This document shows positions 9,170 through 22,051 of a stretch of 64,000 nt of DNA, in pieces. Source of the DNA: Macrostomum lignano (lineage: Eukaryota). How positions within the stretch are numbered: position 1 is the stretch's first letter; each line of letters opens with the position of its first letter. The position numbers and the translations under genes are program-made. The DNA lies in assembly GCA_002269645.1 (NCBI GenBank), contig NIVC01000087.1:885608-949607 (forward strand), read 5' to 3'. The notes under the pieces were generated by a model. The model searched no databases. It was not told the origin of the DNA and saw only the letters and a list, made by a program, of their open reading frames with translations.

Positions 9170-11140
9170 TAAAGATCTCTTGAGAAGAGAGGATCCAGAT
9201 TCCCGAGTCTGTAGATGATGCTGGATCTCTTGAGAAGAGAGGATCCAGATTCCCGAGTCTGTAGATGATGCTGGATCTCTTGAGCAGAGAAGATCCAGAT
9301 TCCCGAGTCTGTAGATGATGCTGGATCTCTTGAGCAGAGAAGATCCAGATTCACGAGTCTCTAGATGATGCTGGATCTCTTGAGCAGAGAAGATCCAGAT
9401 TCACGAGTCTCTAGATGATGCTGGATCTCTTGAGCAGAGAAGATCCAGATTCACGAGTCTGTAGATGATGCTGGATCTCTTGAGCAGAGCAGAGAGGATC
9501 CAGATTCCCGAGTCTGTAGATGATGCTGGATCTCTTGAGCAGAGAGGATCCAGATTCCCGAGTCTGTAGATGATGCTGGATCTCTTAAGCAGAGCAGAGA
9601 GGATCCAGATTCCCGAGTCTGTAGATGATGCTGGATCTCTTGAGCAGAGAGGATCCAGATTCCCGAGTCTGTAGATGATGCTGGATCTCTTGAGCAGAGA
9701 GGATCCAGATTCCCGAGTCTGTAGATGATGCTGGATCTCTTGAGCAGAGAGGATCCAGATTCCCGAGTCTGTAGATGATGCTGGATCTCTTAAGCAGAGA
9801 GGATCCAGATTCCCGAGTCTGTAGATGATGCTGGATCTCTTAAGCAGAGAGGATCCAGATTCCCGAGTCTGTAGATGATGCTGGATCTCTTGAGCAGAGA
9901 GGATCCAGATTCCCGAGTCTGTAGATGATGCTGGATCTCTTGAGCAGAGAGGATCCAGATTCCCGAGTCTGTAGATGATGCTGGATCTCTTGAGCAGAGA
10001 GGATCCAGATTCACGAGTCTGTAGATGATGCTGGATCTCTTGAGCAGAGCAGAGAGGATCCAGATTCCCGAGTCTGTAGATGATGCTGGATCTCTTGAGC
10101 AGAGAGGATCCAGATTCCCGAGTCTGTAGATGATGCTGGATCTCTTAAGCAGAGCAGAGAGGATCCAGATTCCCGAGTCTGTAGATGATGCTGGATCTCT
10201 TGAGCAGAGAGGATCCAGATTCCCGAGTCTGTAGATGATGCTGGATCTCTTGAGCAGAGAGGATCCAGATTCCCGAGTCTGTAGATGATGCTGGATCTCT
10301 TAAGCAGAGAGGATCCAGATTCCCGAGTCTGTAGATGATGCTGGATCTCTTAAGCAGAGAGGATCCAGATTCCCGAGTCTGTAGATGATGCTGGATCTCT
10401 TAAGCAGAGAGGATCCAGATTCCCGAGTCTGTAGATGATGCTGGATCTCTTGAGCAGAGAGGATCCAGATTCCCGAGTCTGTAGATGATGCTGGATCTCT
10501 TGAGAAGAGAGGATCCAGATTCCCGAGTCTGTAGATGATGCTGGATCTCTTGAGCAGAGAGGATCCAGATTCACGAGTCTGTAGATGATGCTGGATCTCT
10601 TGAGCAGAGAGGATCCAGATTCCCGAGTCTGTAGGTGATGCTGCATCTTTTGAGCAGAGCAGAGAGGATCCAGATTCCCGAGTTTGTAGATGATGCTGGA
10701 TCTCTTGAGCAGAGCAGAGAGGATCCAGATTCCCGAGTTTGTAGATGATGCTGGATCTCTTGAGCAGAGAGGATCCAGATTCCCGAGTCTTTAGATGATG
10801 CTGGATCTCTTGAGCAGAGCAGAGAAGATCCAGATTCCCGAGTCTGTAGATGATGCTGGATCTCTTAAGCAGAGCAGAGAAGATCCAGATTCCCGAGTCT
10901 GTAGATGATGCTGGATCTCTTAAGCAGAGCAGAGAGGATCCAGATTCCCGAGTCTGTAGATGATGCTGGATCTCTTAAGCAGAGAGGATCCAGATTCCCG
11001 AGTCTGTAGATGATGCTCGATCTGTTGAGCATTGATGATCCAGATTCCCGAGTCTCTAGATGATGCTCGATCTCTTGAGCATAGATGATCCAAATCTATG
11101 CTGCATCACAAAATCAAAAAGGATCCAGATTCCCGAGTCT
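9170..11140. repeat. 50-bp (some 55-bp) minisatellite in AMPK-beta intron 1
   Basis: Unit ggatccagattcccgagtctgtagatgatgctggatctcttgagcagaga. Confidence 0.95.
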
Positions 11141-11781
11141 AACAAAGAATCTCTCTGAAGTTTTTCGCATAACATATAATGACGCATACAGAGTTATGCA
11201 TTGCCTCTGTGTGTTATAGGCCAAAGTTCTAAGAATTTTTTGTATTAATTTGCGCTGTCATGACTAAAAAGTGTGCGAACTACGGTTCTTGGAACGGGGT
11301 TAGTTATTTTTTTTATAAGCAGTTTTCTTTTTACTCGCTTATTAAATATTCTCACGATTGAATTTCTTGTCTGTACTTGGCTTTAACACTAACAGCAGTC
11401 TAGCGAGGACGAGGGCTTCAGAATTCGCGCTTCCACGATAACCGAGAGGCCTGGCGATCACGTGACCGCCAATAAGCTGCCCACCGTATTCAAATGGGAG
11501 GGCGGCACCGCCAAGGAGGTGTACCTTAGCGGCAGTTTCAACAACTGGCAGACTAAGATTCCATTAGTGAAGAGGTTTGCCGCTCTCTTATTTGTTTTTA
11601 TTAGTTTTAAGTTTTCTAAGTTGTCTACTGATAGTAGCGAAAAGTTTTTTTATCGTTTTTTAGCCAGGATCATTTCTATACGATTGTGGACCTGCCGGAA
11701 GGAGAGCACCAATATCAGTTTATTGTGGACGGCAAGTGGCAGGTCAACGCTAAGGAGGTGAGAGTCTAGGTTTGTTCGGTA

Positions 11782-14700
11782 TTAGAGTGGCTCAGGGGGA
11801 ATCGGTCAGATTAACTGTGGCTCAGAGGGAATCGGTCAGATTAACTGTGGCTCAGAGGGAATCGGTCAGATTAACTGTGGCTCAGAGGGAATCGGTCAGA
11901 TTAACTGTGGCTCAGGGGGAATCGGTCAGATTAACTGTGGCTCAGGGGGAATCGGTCAGATTAACAGTGGCTCAGAGGGAATCCGTCAGATTAACTGTGG
12001 CTCAGAGGGAATCGGTCAGATTAACTGTGGCTCAGGGGGAATCGGTCAGATTAACTGTGGCTCAGAGGGAATCGGTCAGATTAACAGTGGCTCAGAGGGA
12101 ATCGGTCAGATTAACTGTGGCTCAGGGGGAATCGGTCAGATTAACTGTGGCTCAGAGGGAATCGGTCAGATTAACTGTGGCTCAGAGGGAATCGGTCAGA
12201 TTAACTGTGGCTCAGGGGGAATCGGTCAGATTAACTGTGGCTCAGGGGGAATCGGTCAGATTAACAGTGGCTCAGAGGGAATCGGTCAGATTAACTGTGG
12301 CTCAGGGGGAATCGGTCGGATTAACTGTGGCTCAGAGGGAATCGGTCAGATTAACTGTGGCTCAGAGGGAATCGGTCAGATTAACTGTGGCTCAGGGGGA
12401 ATCGGTCAGATTAACTGTGGCTCAGAGGGAATCGGTCAATTTAACTGTGGCTCAGGGGGAATCGGTCAGATTAACTGTGGCTCAGAGGGAATCGGTCAGA
12501 TTAACTGTGGCTCAGAGGGAATCGGTCAGATTAACTGTGGCTCAGAGGGAATCGGTCAGATTAACAGTGGCTCAGAGGGAATCGGTCAGATTAACTGTGG
12601 CTCAGAGGGAATCGGTCAGATTAACTGTGGCTCAGAGGGAATCGGTCAGATTAACTGTGGCTCAGGGGGAATCGGTCAGATTAACTGTGGCTCAGAGGGA
12701 ATCGGTCAGATTAACTGTGGCTCAGAGGGAATCGGTCAGATTAACAGTGGCTCAGAGGGAATCCGTCAGATTAACTGTGGCTCAGGGGGAATCGGTCAGA
12801 TTAACTGTGGCTCAGAGGGAATCGGTCAATTTAACTGTGGCTCAGAGGGAATCGGTCAGATTAACTGTGGCTCAGGGGAATCGGTCAGATTAACTGTGGC
12901 TCAGAGGGAATCGGTCAGATTAACTGTGGCTCAGAGGGAATCGGTCAGATTAACAGTGGCTCAGAGGGAATCCGTCAGATTAACTGTGGCTCAGAGGGAA
13001 TCGGTCAGATTAACTGTGGCTCAGAGGGAATCGGTCAATTTAACTGTGGCTCAGAGGGAATCGGTCAGATTAACTGTGGCTCAGGGGGAATCGGTCAGAT
13101 TAACTGTGGCTCAGAGGGAATCGGTCAGATTAACTGTGGCTCAGAGGGAATCGGTCAGATTAACAGTGGCTCAGAGGGAATCCGTCAGATTAACTGTGGC
13201 TCAGAGGGAATCGGTCAGATTAACAGTGGCTCAGAGGGAATCCGTCAGATTAACTGTGGCTCAGGGGGAATCGGTCAGATTAACTGTGGCTCAGAGGGAA
13301 TCGGTCAGATTAACTGTGGCTCAGGGGGAATCGGTCAGATTAACTGTGGCTCAGGGGGAATCGGTCAGATTAACAGTGGCTCAGAGGGAATCCGTCAGAT
13401 TAACTGTGGCTCAGGGGGAATCGGTCAGATTAACTGTGGCTCAGAGGGAATCGGTCAGATTAACTGTGGCTCAGGGGGAATCGGTCAGATTAACTGTGGC
13501 TCAGAGGGAATCGGTCAGATTAACTGTGGCTCAGAGGGAATCGGTCAGATTAACGGTGGCTCAGGGGGAATCGGTCAGATTAACAGTGGCTCAGAGGGAA
13601 TCCGTCAGATTAACTGTGGCTCAGAGGGAATCGGTCAGATTAACTGTGGCTCAGAGGGAATCGGTCAGATTAACTGTGGCTCAGGGGGAATCGGTCAGAT
13701 TAACTGTGGCTCAGAGGGAATCGGTCAGATTAACAGTGGCTCAGAGGGAATCGGTCAGATTAACGGTGGCTCAGAAGGAATCGGATTAACTGTGGCTCAG
13801 CAGGAATCGGTCGGATTAACTGTGGCTCAGAGGGAATCGGTCGGATTAACAGTGGCTCAGAAGGAATCCGTCAGATTAACTGTGGCTCAGAGGGAATCGG
13901 TCAGATTAACTGTGGCTCAGAGGGAATCGGTCAGATTAACTGTGGCTCAGAGGGAATCGGTCAGATTAACTGTGGCTCAGAGGGAATCGGTCAGATTAAC
14001 TGTGGCTCAGAGGGAATCGGTCAGATTAACTGTGGCTCAGGGGGAATCGGTCAGATTAACTGTGGCTCAGAGGGAATCGGTCAGATTAACAGTGGCTCAG
14101 AGGGAATCGGTCAGATTAACTGTGGCTCAGAGGGAATCGGTCAGATTAACGGTGGCTCAGAAGGAATCGGATTAACTGTGGCTCAGCAGGAATCGGTCGG
14201 ATTAACTGTGGCTCAGAGGGAATCGGTCGGATTAACAGTGGCTCAGAAGGAATCCGTCAGATTAACTGTGGCTCAGGGGGAATCGGTCAGATTAACGGTG
14301 GCTCAGAGGGAATCGGTCAGATTAACTGTGGCTCAGGGGGAATCGGTCGGATTAACTGTGGCTCAGAGGGAATCGGTCAGATTAACAGTGGCTCAGAGGG
14401 AATCGGTCAGATTAACTGTGGCTCAGAGGGAATCGGTCAGATTAACGGTGGCTCAGAAGGAATCGGATTAACTGTGGCTCAGCAGGAATCGGTCGGATTA
14501 ACTGTGGCTCAGAGGGAATCGGTCGGATTAACAGTGGCTCAGAAGGAATCCGTCAGATTAACTGTGGCTCAGGGGAATCGGTCAGATTAACGGTGGCTCA
14601 GAGGGAATCGGTCAGATTAACTGTGGCTCAGGGGGAATCGGTCGGATTAACTGTGGCTCAGAGGGAATCGGTCAGATTAACAGTGGCTCAGAGGGAATCG

Positions 14701-14880
14701 GTCAGATTAACTGTGGCTCAGAGGGAATCGGTCAGATTAACGGTGGCTCAGAAGGAATCGGATTAACTGTGGCTCAGCAGGAATCGGTCGGATTAACTGT
14801 GGCTCAGAGGGAATCGGTCGGATTAACAGTGGCTCAGAAGGAATCCGTCAGATTAACTGTGGCTCAGGGGGAATCGGTCG
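11782..14880. repeat. 30-bp minisatellite (~100 copies) in AMPK-beta intron 3
   Basis: Unit ctcagagggaatcggtcagattaactgtgg, flanked by the donor at 11758 and the acceptor at 14951. Confidence 0.95.
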
Positions 14881-15549
14881 GGGAAGGCGGCAAGTCCTCT
14901 GTATTAAAAGCTGCTTTCAATTACAACATTTCGCATATCGCTAAACTGCAGCCAACAGCTCAAAACAACATGGGCACCTCTAACAACGTTCTCTAAGTGA
15001 AATCGTCCGACTTTGAAGTATTCGAAGCCTTAGCTATGGACATCGCTGAGAGCTCGCAAACCAAGGAGCATACTCAGTCGGAGGTGTCCGAACGCCTCCG
15101 CAACCGGTCGGGCAGTCCGCCAGGCCGCTACACCAGCCAGGTTCCAACCGGCAGGCAGGCAGGCCCAAATAGAGCTCCGCCGGTGCTGCCGCAACAGCTG
15201 CTCCAGGTGATTCTTAATCGGCCAACCGACTCCAGGTACGATCCAAATCTACTGCCCGAGCCGGATCACGTGATGCTTAATCACCTGTACGCGCTGAGCA
15301 TCAAAGATGGCGTTGTGGTTCTGTCAACTATTCATCGGTATAGGAAGAAGTTCGTCACTACTGTCATGTACAAGCCGTGCGATTAAATTATCATTTTTCA
15401 GTACTCTAATTTAATGCCTTTGGCAAATGCCTCTTTAGTTTTAGTTTTCCTTTTCGCTTAGTCAGTTCGCCTAGTTACAATTTTAACCGTCATCTATTCG
15501 ATTTTCTTGTTTCTAATGCATTGGGTGTTGATTAAAGGCAAGGAAAGAA

Positions 15550-16335
15550 GGGTGGGTGTTGCTTAGACGGAAGGAATGTGGGTTGGGTTTCGCTTAGAGG
15601 GATGGAATGTGAGGTGGGTGTCGCTTAGAGGAAAGGAATGTGAGGTGGGTGTCGCTTAGAGGGAAGGAATGTGAGGTGGGTTTCGCTTAGAGGAAAGGAA
15701 TGTGAGGTGGGTGTCGCTTAGAGGGATGGAATGTGAGGTGGGTGTCGCTTAGAGGAAAGGAATGTGAGGTGGGTGTCGCTTAGAGGGAAGGAATGTGAGG
15801 TGGGTTTCGCTTAGAAGGAAGGAAAGTGGGGTGGGTGTCGCTTAGAGGGAAGGAAAGTGGGGTGGGTGTCGCTTAGAGGCAAGGAAAATGGGGTGGGTGT
15901 CGCTTAGAGGCAAGGAAAATGGGGTGGGTGTCGCTTAGAGGGAAGGAAAGTGGGGTGGGTGTTGCTTAGACGGAAGGAATGTGGGTTGGGTTTCGCTTAG
16001 AGGGATGGAATGTGAGGTGGGTGTCGCTTAGAGGGAAGGAAAGTGGGGTGGGTGTTGCTTAGACGGAAGGAATGTGGGTTGGGTTTCGCTTAGAGGGATG
16101 GAATGTGAGGTGGGTGTCGCTTAGAGGGAAGGAAAGTGGGGTGGGTGTCGCTTAGAGGCAAGGAAAATGGGGTGGGTGTCGCTTAGAGGCAAGGAAAATG
16201 GGGTGGGTGTTGCTTAGAGGGAAGGAAAGTGGGGTGGGTGTTGCTTAGACGGAAGGAATGTGGGTTGGGTTTCGCTTAGAGGGATGGAATGTGAGGTGGG
16301 TGTCGGTTAGAGGGAAGGAATGTGGGGTTAATGTC
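15550..16335. repeat. 31-bp G-rich minisatellite downstream of AMPK-beta
   Basis: Unit gtgggtgtcgcttagagggaaggaatgtgag. Confidence 0.9.
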
Positions 16336-16821
16336 GCTTAAAAAATCAAACTAAAAATAACAAGCTTTAAAAAAAATTTTAAGCGCCTAAATCACGAAAA
16401 AGTCTCTTCTGCAAGTTTTAAGCACTATTAATTTATTAAATGTTTTTTCAGTGTTACTTTTTTATTCCAAGTGCACAATGTGTAGCGTTCTTCATAATTC
16501 ACACCATTTAAAAAGTAAGGCTTGGAGCCATGAAAACCTGTTGATGTACGTACTATTGTTTATCATTTTTTATTCTCAAAATTCACAGTATCTCTTTGTT
16601 GTACAGCGATCATCGCCTGACAGGGAGTACGAAGTGCTTTTTTCGCCTTTGCGCTAGCATAAAGGGTTATTTAATCGTTTTTTGTTTATTAAATTTACTA
16701 TTAAAAAGCGATTAATTTTTTTCTCCGTCTCGTCTTTACTTTTTTTCCAATGCAATTTCAATTTTTCTCTCCTCTTTTTCATTCCTCTGCTGCTCATTCA
16801 TCATTTTCTTCCCTTTATTTT

Positions 16822-17740
16822 AATCCCCATCCGAATCCTATGATCCCCAATCCCGAATCCTATGATCCCCAATCCCGAATCCTATGATCCCCAATCCCGA
16901 ATCCTATGATCCCCAATCCCGAATCCTATGATCCCCAATCCCGAATCCTATGATCCCCAATCCCGAATCCTATGATCCCCAATCCCGAATCCTATATCCC
17001 CAATCCCAAATCGCATGATCCCCAATCCCGAATCCTATATCCCCAATCCCAAATCGCATGATCCCAATCCCGAATCCTATGATCCCCAATCCCGAATCCT
17101 ATGATCCCCAATCCCGAATCCTATATCCCCAATCCCAAATCGCATGATCCCCAATCCCGAATCCTATGATCCCCAATCCCGAATCCTATATCCCCAATCC
17201 CAAATCGCATGATCCCCAATCCCGAATCCTATGATCCCCAATCCCGAATCCTATGATCCCCAATCCCGAATCCTATATCCCCAATCCCAAATCGCATGAT
17301 CCCCAATCCCGAATCCTATGATCCCCAATCCCGAATCCTATGATCCCCAATCCCGAATCCTATATCCCCAATCCCAAATCGCATGATCCCCAATCCCGAA
17401 TCCTATGATCCCCAATCCCGAATCCTATATCCCCAATCCCAAATCGCATGATCCCCAATCCCGAATCCTATGATCCCCAATCCCGAATCCTATGATCCCC
17501 AATCCCGAATCCTATATCCCCAATCCCAAATCCTATGATCCCCAATCCGAATCCTATGATCCCCAATCCCGAATCCTATGATCCCCAATCCCGAATCCTA
17601 TGATCCCCAATCCCGAATCCTATGATCCCCAATCCGAATCCCATGATCCCCAATCCTGAATCCTATAATTTCCAATCCCGAATCCGATGATCCCGAATCC
17701 TATGATCCCCAATCCCGAATTCTATAATCCCAACTCAGAA
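16822..17740. repeat. 22-bp minisatellite
   Basis: Unit cccaatcccgaatcctatgatc with a recurring variant cccaaatcgcatgatc. Confidence 0.9.
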
Positions 17741-18294
17741 TCATATAATCTTAAGATCAAATTCACCATTCCATCTTATGGTTAGTAATATTTATCTCGC
17801 AATTTCTACCAGCGCTAACGCACAGTTATGTCATACTTTTTTTTTGACAGTAGCGTGCTGTATTACAAATAATGCATTGGATCAGTAGCTATCGCATCTA
17901 TTCACAATCTCATCCCGATCTACCTGATTTATCAAATCCAGTTATTAAATAATTCATTTTTCGTCGACCCTGCTTGTTTTTTTATTTGCTTGATTTTCGC
18001 GTTTTTCTTAGTCTTTTCCCCTACCCTACGGATGCAAATTAATCTGCGCGGCCGCCACTCCGGCGCTCGAGCTGAATGTTGAAGCGGTTGCATTACCTTT
18101 TTTTCTGCAACTCCTGACTGCATTAGCTCTGCTCTTAATCAGCCAATAATGAATAAATCTGTCAGTTTTCCCAAACTGTTTTCTTTAACTAGTTGCACAC
18201 CTATTTTGCTATCGGCCTGTTTTTTGCCTTCTTCTAGCGGTGCACATGCAAACTGTTGAGGATAATGTGTCTTGGGAGTTCTTTATTTCTAATA

Positions 18295-19445
18295 ATGGTG
18301 TCTATAATGACAGGCAGCACCCCTGAGAATGGTGTCTGTAATGACAGGCAGCACCACCTAAGAATGGCGTCTATAATGACAGGCAGCACCACCTAAGAAT
18401 GGCGTCTATAATGACAGGCAGCAAATCCTGAGAATGGCGTCTATAATGACAGGCAGCAACCCTGAGAATGGCGTCTATAATGACAGGCAGCACCCCTGAG
18501 AATAACGTCTATAATGAGAGGCAGCACCACCTAAGAATGGCGTCTGTAATGACAGGCAGCACCCCTGAGAATGGCGTCTATAATGACAGGCAGCACCACC
18601 TAAGAATAACGTCTATAATGACAGGCAACACCACCTAAGAATAACGTCTATAATGACAGGCAACACCACCTAAGAATAACGTCTATAATGACAGGCAGAA
18701 CACCTAAGAATGGCGTCTATAATGACAGGCAGCACCACCTAAGAATAACGTCTATAATGACAGGCAGAACACCTGAGAATAACGTCTATAATGACAGGCA
18801 GCACCACCTGAGAATGGCGTCTATAATGACAGGCAGCACCCCTGAGAATGGCGTCTATAATGACAGGCAGCACCACCTGAGAATGGCGTCTATAATGACA
18901 GGCAGCACCACCTAAGAATGGCGTCTATAATGACAGGCAGCACCACCTGAGAATAACGTATATAATGACAGGCAGCACCACCTGAGAATGGCGTCTATAA
19001 TGACAGGCAGCAGCACCCCTGAGAATGGCGTCTATAATGACAGGCAGCACCACCTGAGAATGGCGTCTATAATGACAGGCAGCACCCCTGAGAATAACGT
19101 CTATAATGACAGGCAGCAGCACCCCTGAGAATGGCGTCTATAATGACAGGCAGCAGCACCCCTGAGAATGGCGTCTATAATGACAGGCAGCAGCACCCCT
19201 GAGAATAACGTCTATAATGACAGGCAGCAGCACCCCTGAGAATGGCGTCTATAATGACAGGCAGCACCACCTGAGAATGGCGTCTATAATGACAGGCAGC
19301 ACCCCTGAGAATAACGTCTATAATGACAGGCAGCACCCCTGAGAATGGCGTCTATAATGACAGGCAGCACCACCTGAGAATGGCGTCTATAATGACAGGC
19401 AGCAGCACCCCTGAGAATGGCGTCTATAATGACAGGCAGCAGCAC
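18295..19445. repeat. 33-36-bp minisatellite
   Basis: Unit agaatggcgtctataatgacaggcagcaccaccta and variants. Confidence 0.9.
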
Positions 19446-19934
19446 TTAAATGATAGAGGAAGCTCACATGTAAGAATCGCGGCCTTAAATGACCGCGCCA
19501 TCTAGCGGCACCTCGTGAGAATTTAGATTGCCTATTGTCCCTACCTGTACAGGCTTGCATACACTGTCCCTACGTGCACTGCGCTCAAGTTAATTATCCC
19601 TTGCCCTGCGAACGGTAAAACCGGCTGGTCTAGCAGTCAATTTCCAAGAATCGCCCTCAAGAATTCAATTGAGAAATCTTGGTCTAGCGGGTTATTAGAC
19701 TGAATTATTAAACACACGCAGAGCCCCCGGCCTTACTTTAGCAATTAATTATTGATGGCTCTTACTCTGCATAAAAAGTCAATGTTTTGAATTCTGAAGG
19801 TAAGGGTGGTAAACAGATCTTTGAGTCGGTATAGTCTTGTCTCTACTCTTGGCAGGCTCAGCTAAAGTCTGCATTCTCCGGAGCCAAAACAGGTAAGTGA
19901 TTTTTTTAATAAAGACCTCAGCAGGTTTGCCTTT

Positions 19935-20385
19935 GGCACCGGGCCATTCACAACAGGTTTGGCGCAACTGTCACAGGTTTGGCGCCCCCTCACAGCAGGT
20001 TTGGCGCCTTCACAGCAGGTTTGGCGCCTTCACAGCAGGTTTGGCGCCCCCCCCTCAGCAGGTTTTGCGCCCCCTAACAGCAGGTTTGGCGCCCCCTGAC
20101 AACAGGTTTGGCGCCCCCCATTCACAACAGGTGGCGCAACTCTCACAGGTTTGGCGCCCCTCACAACAGGTTTGGCGCCAGCTCCTCACAACAAGTTTGG
20201 CGCTCCCCTCATAACAGGTTTGGCGCCCCCTGACAACAGGTTTGGCGCCTCTTCACAGCAGGTTTGGCGCCCCCTCACAGCAGCAGCAGGTTTGGCGCCC
20301 CCTCACAGCAACAGCAGGTTTGGCGCCCCCTCACAGCAACAGCAGGTTTGGCGCGCCCTCACAGCAGGTTTGGCGCCCCCCACAG
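19935..20385. repeat. Degenerate ~22-bp minisatellite, probably intronic to the gene at 20523
   Basis: Unit acagcaggtttggcgccccctc, between donor AG|GTAAG at 19893 and acceptor tttctttaag at 20487. Confidence 0.85.
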
Positions 20386-20522
20386 CTTGATAGGCCTCCA
20401 TGATGGCTCACGCTCACACAGGGTGTACAGCGGCACTGAATTTCTCACCGACAGGCATGTACACTCTTTTCAAAATATTTCTTTAAGCTCACCCTGCCCG
20501 AGGCGCCAACCTGCAAAGCGAA

Positions 20523-20843
20523 ATGCCTGCCGCAGCCGCCGGTAAAAATCCGGAAAATCCTAACGATGATGACGAGAGTCTGCAGCTGGCTGGGGCGGCC
20601 CAGCGCCGGCTGTTCAACCTGGAGCACCGGCTGGACACGCTGTAGAAGGCCGGTGAGCACACGGAGCGGAGGCTGGCCCGCCTACAGCTCGGCCTGCTGC
20701 TTGCCGCCTTTCTCGTCATGTTTGGCTACTGCGTGTACCGGGTGTACGGCTATGCGGGCCTCATGCTGGGCGCCACCGCGGCTGCCGGGGTTGGGGCGCT
20801 GTTCTACCTGGATGATGAGGGATCTGTGCTGGGAATGAGCTGA
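20523..20843 (+). pseudogene. Small coiled-coil plus two-TM membrane protein (106 codons) with in-frame TAG at 20643-20645; candidate upstream exons end at 19799 and span 19856-19892
   Basis: MPAAAGKNPENPNDDDESLQLAGAAQRRLFNLEHRLDTL*KAGEHTERRLARLQLGLLLAAFLVMFGYCVYRVYGYAGLMLGATAAAGVGALFYLDDEGSVLGMS. GC3-rich codon use like the neighbouring genes; split in the ORF track by the stop. Confidence 0.6.
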
Positions 20844-21424
20844 GCTGTGTTCTACCTGGATGATGAGGGATCTGTGCTGGGAATGAGCTGAGCTGTGTTC
20901 TACCTGGATGATGAGGGATCTGTGCTGGGAATGAGCTGAGCTGTGTTCTACCTGGATGATGAGGGATCTGTGCTGGGAATGAGCTGAGCTGTGTTCTACC
21001 TGGATGATGAGGGATCTGTGCTGGGAATGAGCTGAGCTGTGTTCTACCTGGATGATGAGGGATCTGTGCTGGGAATGAGCTGAGCTGTGTTCTACCTGGA
21101 TGATGAGGGATCTGTGCTGGGAATGAGCTGAGCTGTGTTCTACCTGGATGATGAGGGATCTGTGCTGGGAATGAGCTGAGCTGTGTTCTACCTGGATGAT
21201 GAGGGATCTGTGCTGGGAATGAGCTGAGCTGTGTTCTACCTGGATGATGAGGGATCTGTGCTGGGAATGAGCTGAGCTGTGTTCTACCTGGATGATGAGG
21301 GATCTGTGCTGGGAATGAGCTGAGCTGTGTTCTACCTGGATGATGAGGGATCTGTGCTGGGAATGAGCTGAGCTGTGTTCTACCTGGATGATGAGGGATC
21401 TGTGCTGGGAATGAGCTGAGCTGA
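20801..21424. repeat. 13 near-perfect 48-bp tandem copies of the gene's last codons and stop
   Basis: Unit gttctacctggatgatgagggatctgtgctgggaatgagctgagctgt, at 48-bp steps from 20801 to 21377. Confidence 0.95.
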
Positions 21425-21784
21425 GAACTTTCTGATGGATAAAAATTCTCTCAGTTTCTGCAATTGAGAAACATTGTTTGGCATAAAAATCTTGAAATAA
21501 TAATAGTTGTAACGCTCATAGTAACAGTAGTAATTCAGTTTTGCCTAAAAATTGATGCACCTGCTATTTAGTTTTTTATTCTTAGGCTTTGCCCATTGTG
21601 CCATGAAATTATCAGAAAAGCAATAATTATCAATCGAACGTTGATTATGATTTATGGCTGAAAACTTTCGCCAAGAATTCAATTGTATTTGGTTGTTCAG
21701 TCTCAATTTGGGGGTCTCTTAGAAGCAGGGCACAGCAAAGTATGTGTTAGAGGTTCAGCTAGGGCTCAATCAGGATCTTCAACT

Positions 21785-22051
21785 TCAAACGCCGCCGCCG
21801 CCGCCTCGACGCAGGCGAAAGATGACGGAGTCTGAGCGCGACTCGCTGCTCCAATCGTTGAGCTGTTTGAGCAGCTGCTCAATGTCGCGGTCGTCGGCGG
21901 GGCGCTTCAACAGGCGCTTCAGCATGAAGAACCTGTAAGGCTCGGCGCCGCCGCGTCGCTGATGCCAGCCGTCGTCGCCTACGGAGGGGGCCGCCGCGAC
22001 CGTCAGGATGAGGGCGGCTACCAGAGTGCAGAGTAGCAGTGTCCGCGACAT
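21785..22051 (-). CDS. Putative secreted neuropeptide precursor, 88 aa
   Basis: Signal peptide MSRTLLLCTLVAALILTVAAA; dibasic sites RR and KR flank GGAEPYRFFML, with further KR and RR sites. GC-rich single coding exon. Confidence 0.7.
   Translation of the reverse strand: MSRTLLLCTLVAALILTVAAAPSVGDDGWHQRRGGAEPYRFFMLKRLLKRPADDRDIEQLLKQLNDWSSESRSDSVIFRLRRGGGGGV

Larger units (their letters stand above)
8942..15386 (+). pseudogene. PRKAB: AMP-activated protein kinase beta subunit; exons 8942-9106, 11396-11574, 11664-11757, 14952-15386; in-frame TAA at 14994-14996
   Basis: MGN N-terminus (myristoylation Gly); CBM PTVFKWEGG..EVYLSGSFNNW and LPEGEHQYQFIVDGKW; C-terminal PPVLPQQLLQVILN and LPEPDHVMLNHLYALSIKDGV..YRKKFVTTVMYKP. 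All junctions are GT-AG and phase-consistent. Identity is confident; pseudogene status versus sequence error is not. Confidence 0.9.

Noticed and set aside
11772-14996. Long + strand ORFs of (AQRESVRLTV)n
   Set aside because: They lie wholly inside AMPK-beta intron 3, result from a stop-free 30-bp unit, start at non-ATG codons and are broken by indels.
19495-19510. Perfect CTCF-like motif (gcgccatctagcgg)
   Set aside because: A single occurrence can arise by chance, and CTCF is reported to be absent from Platyhelminthes.
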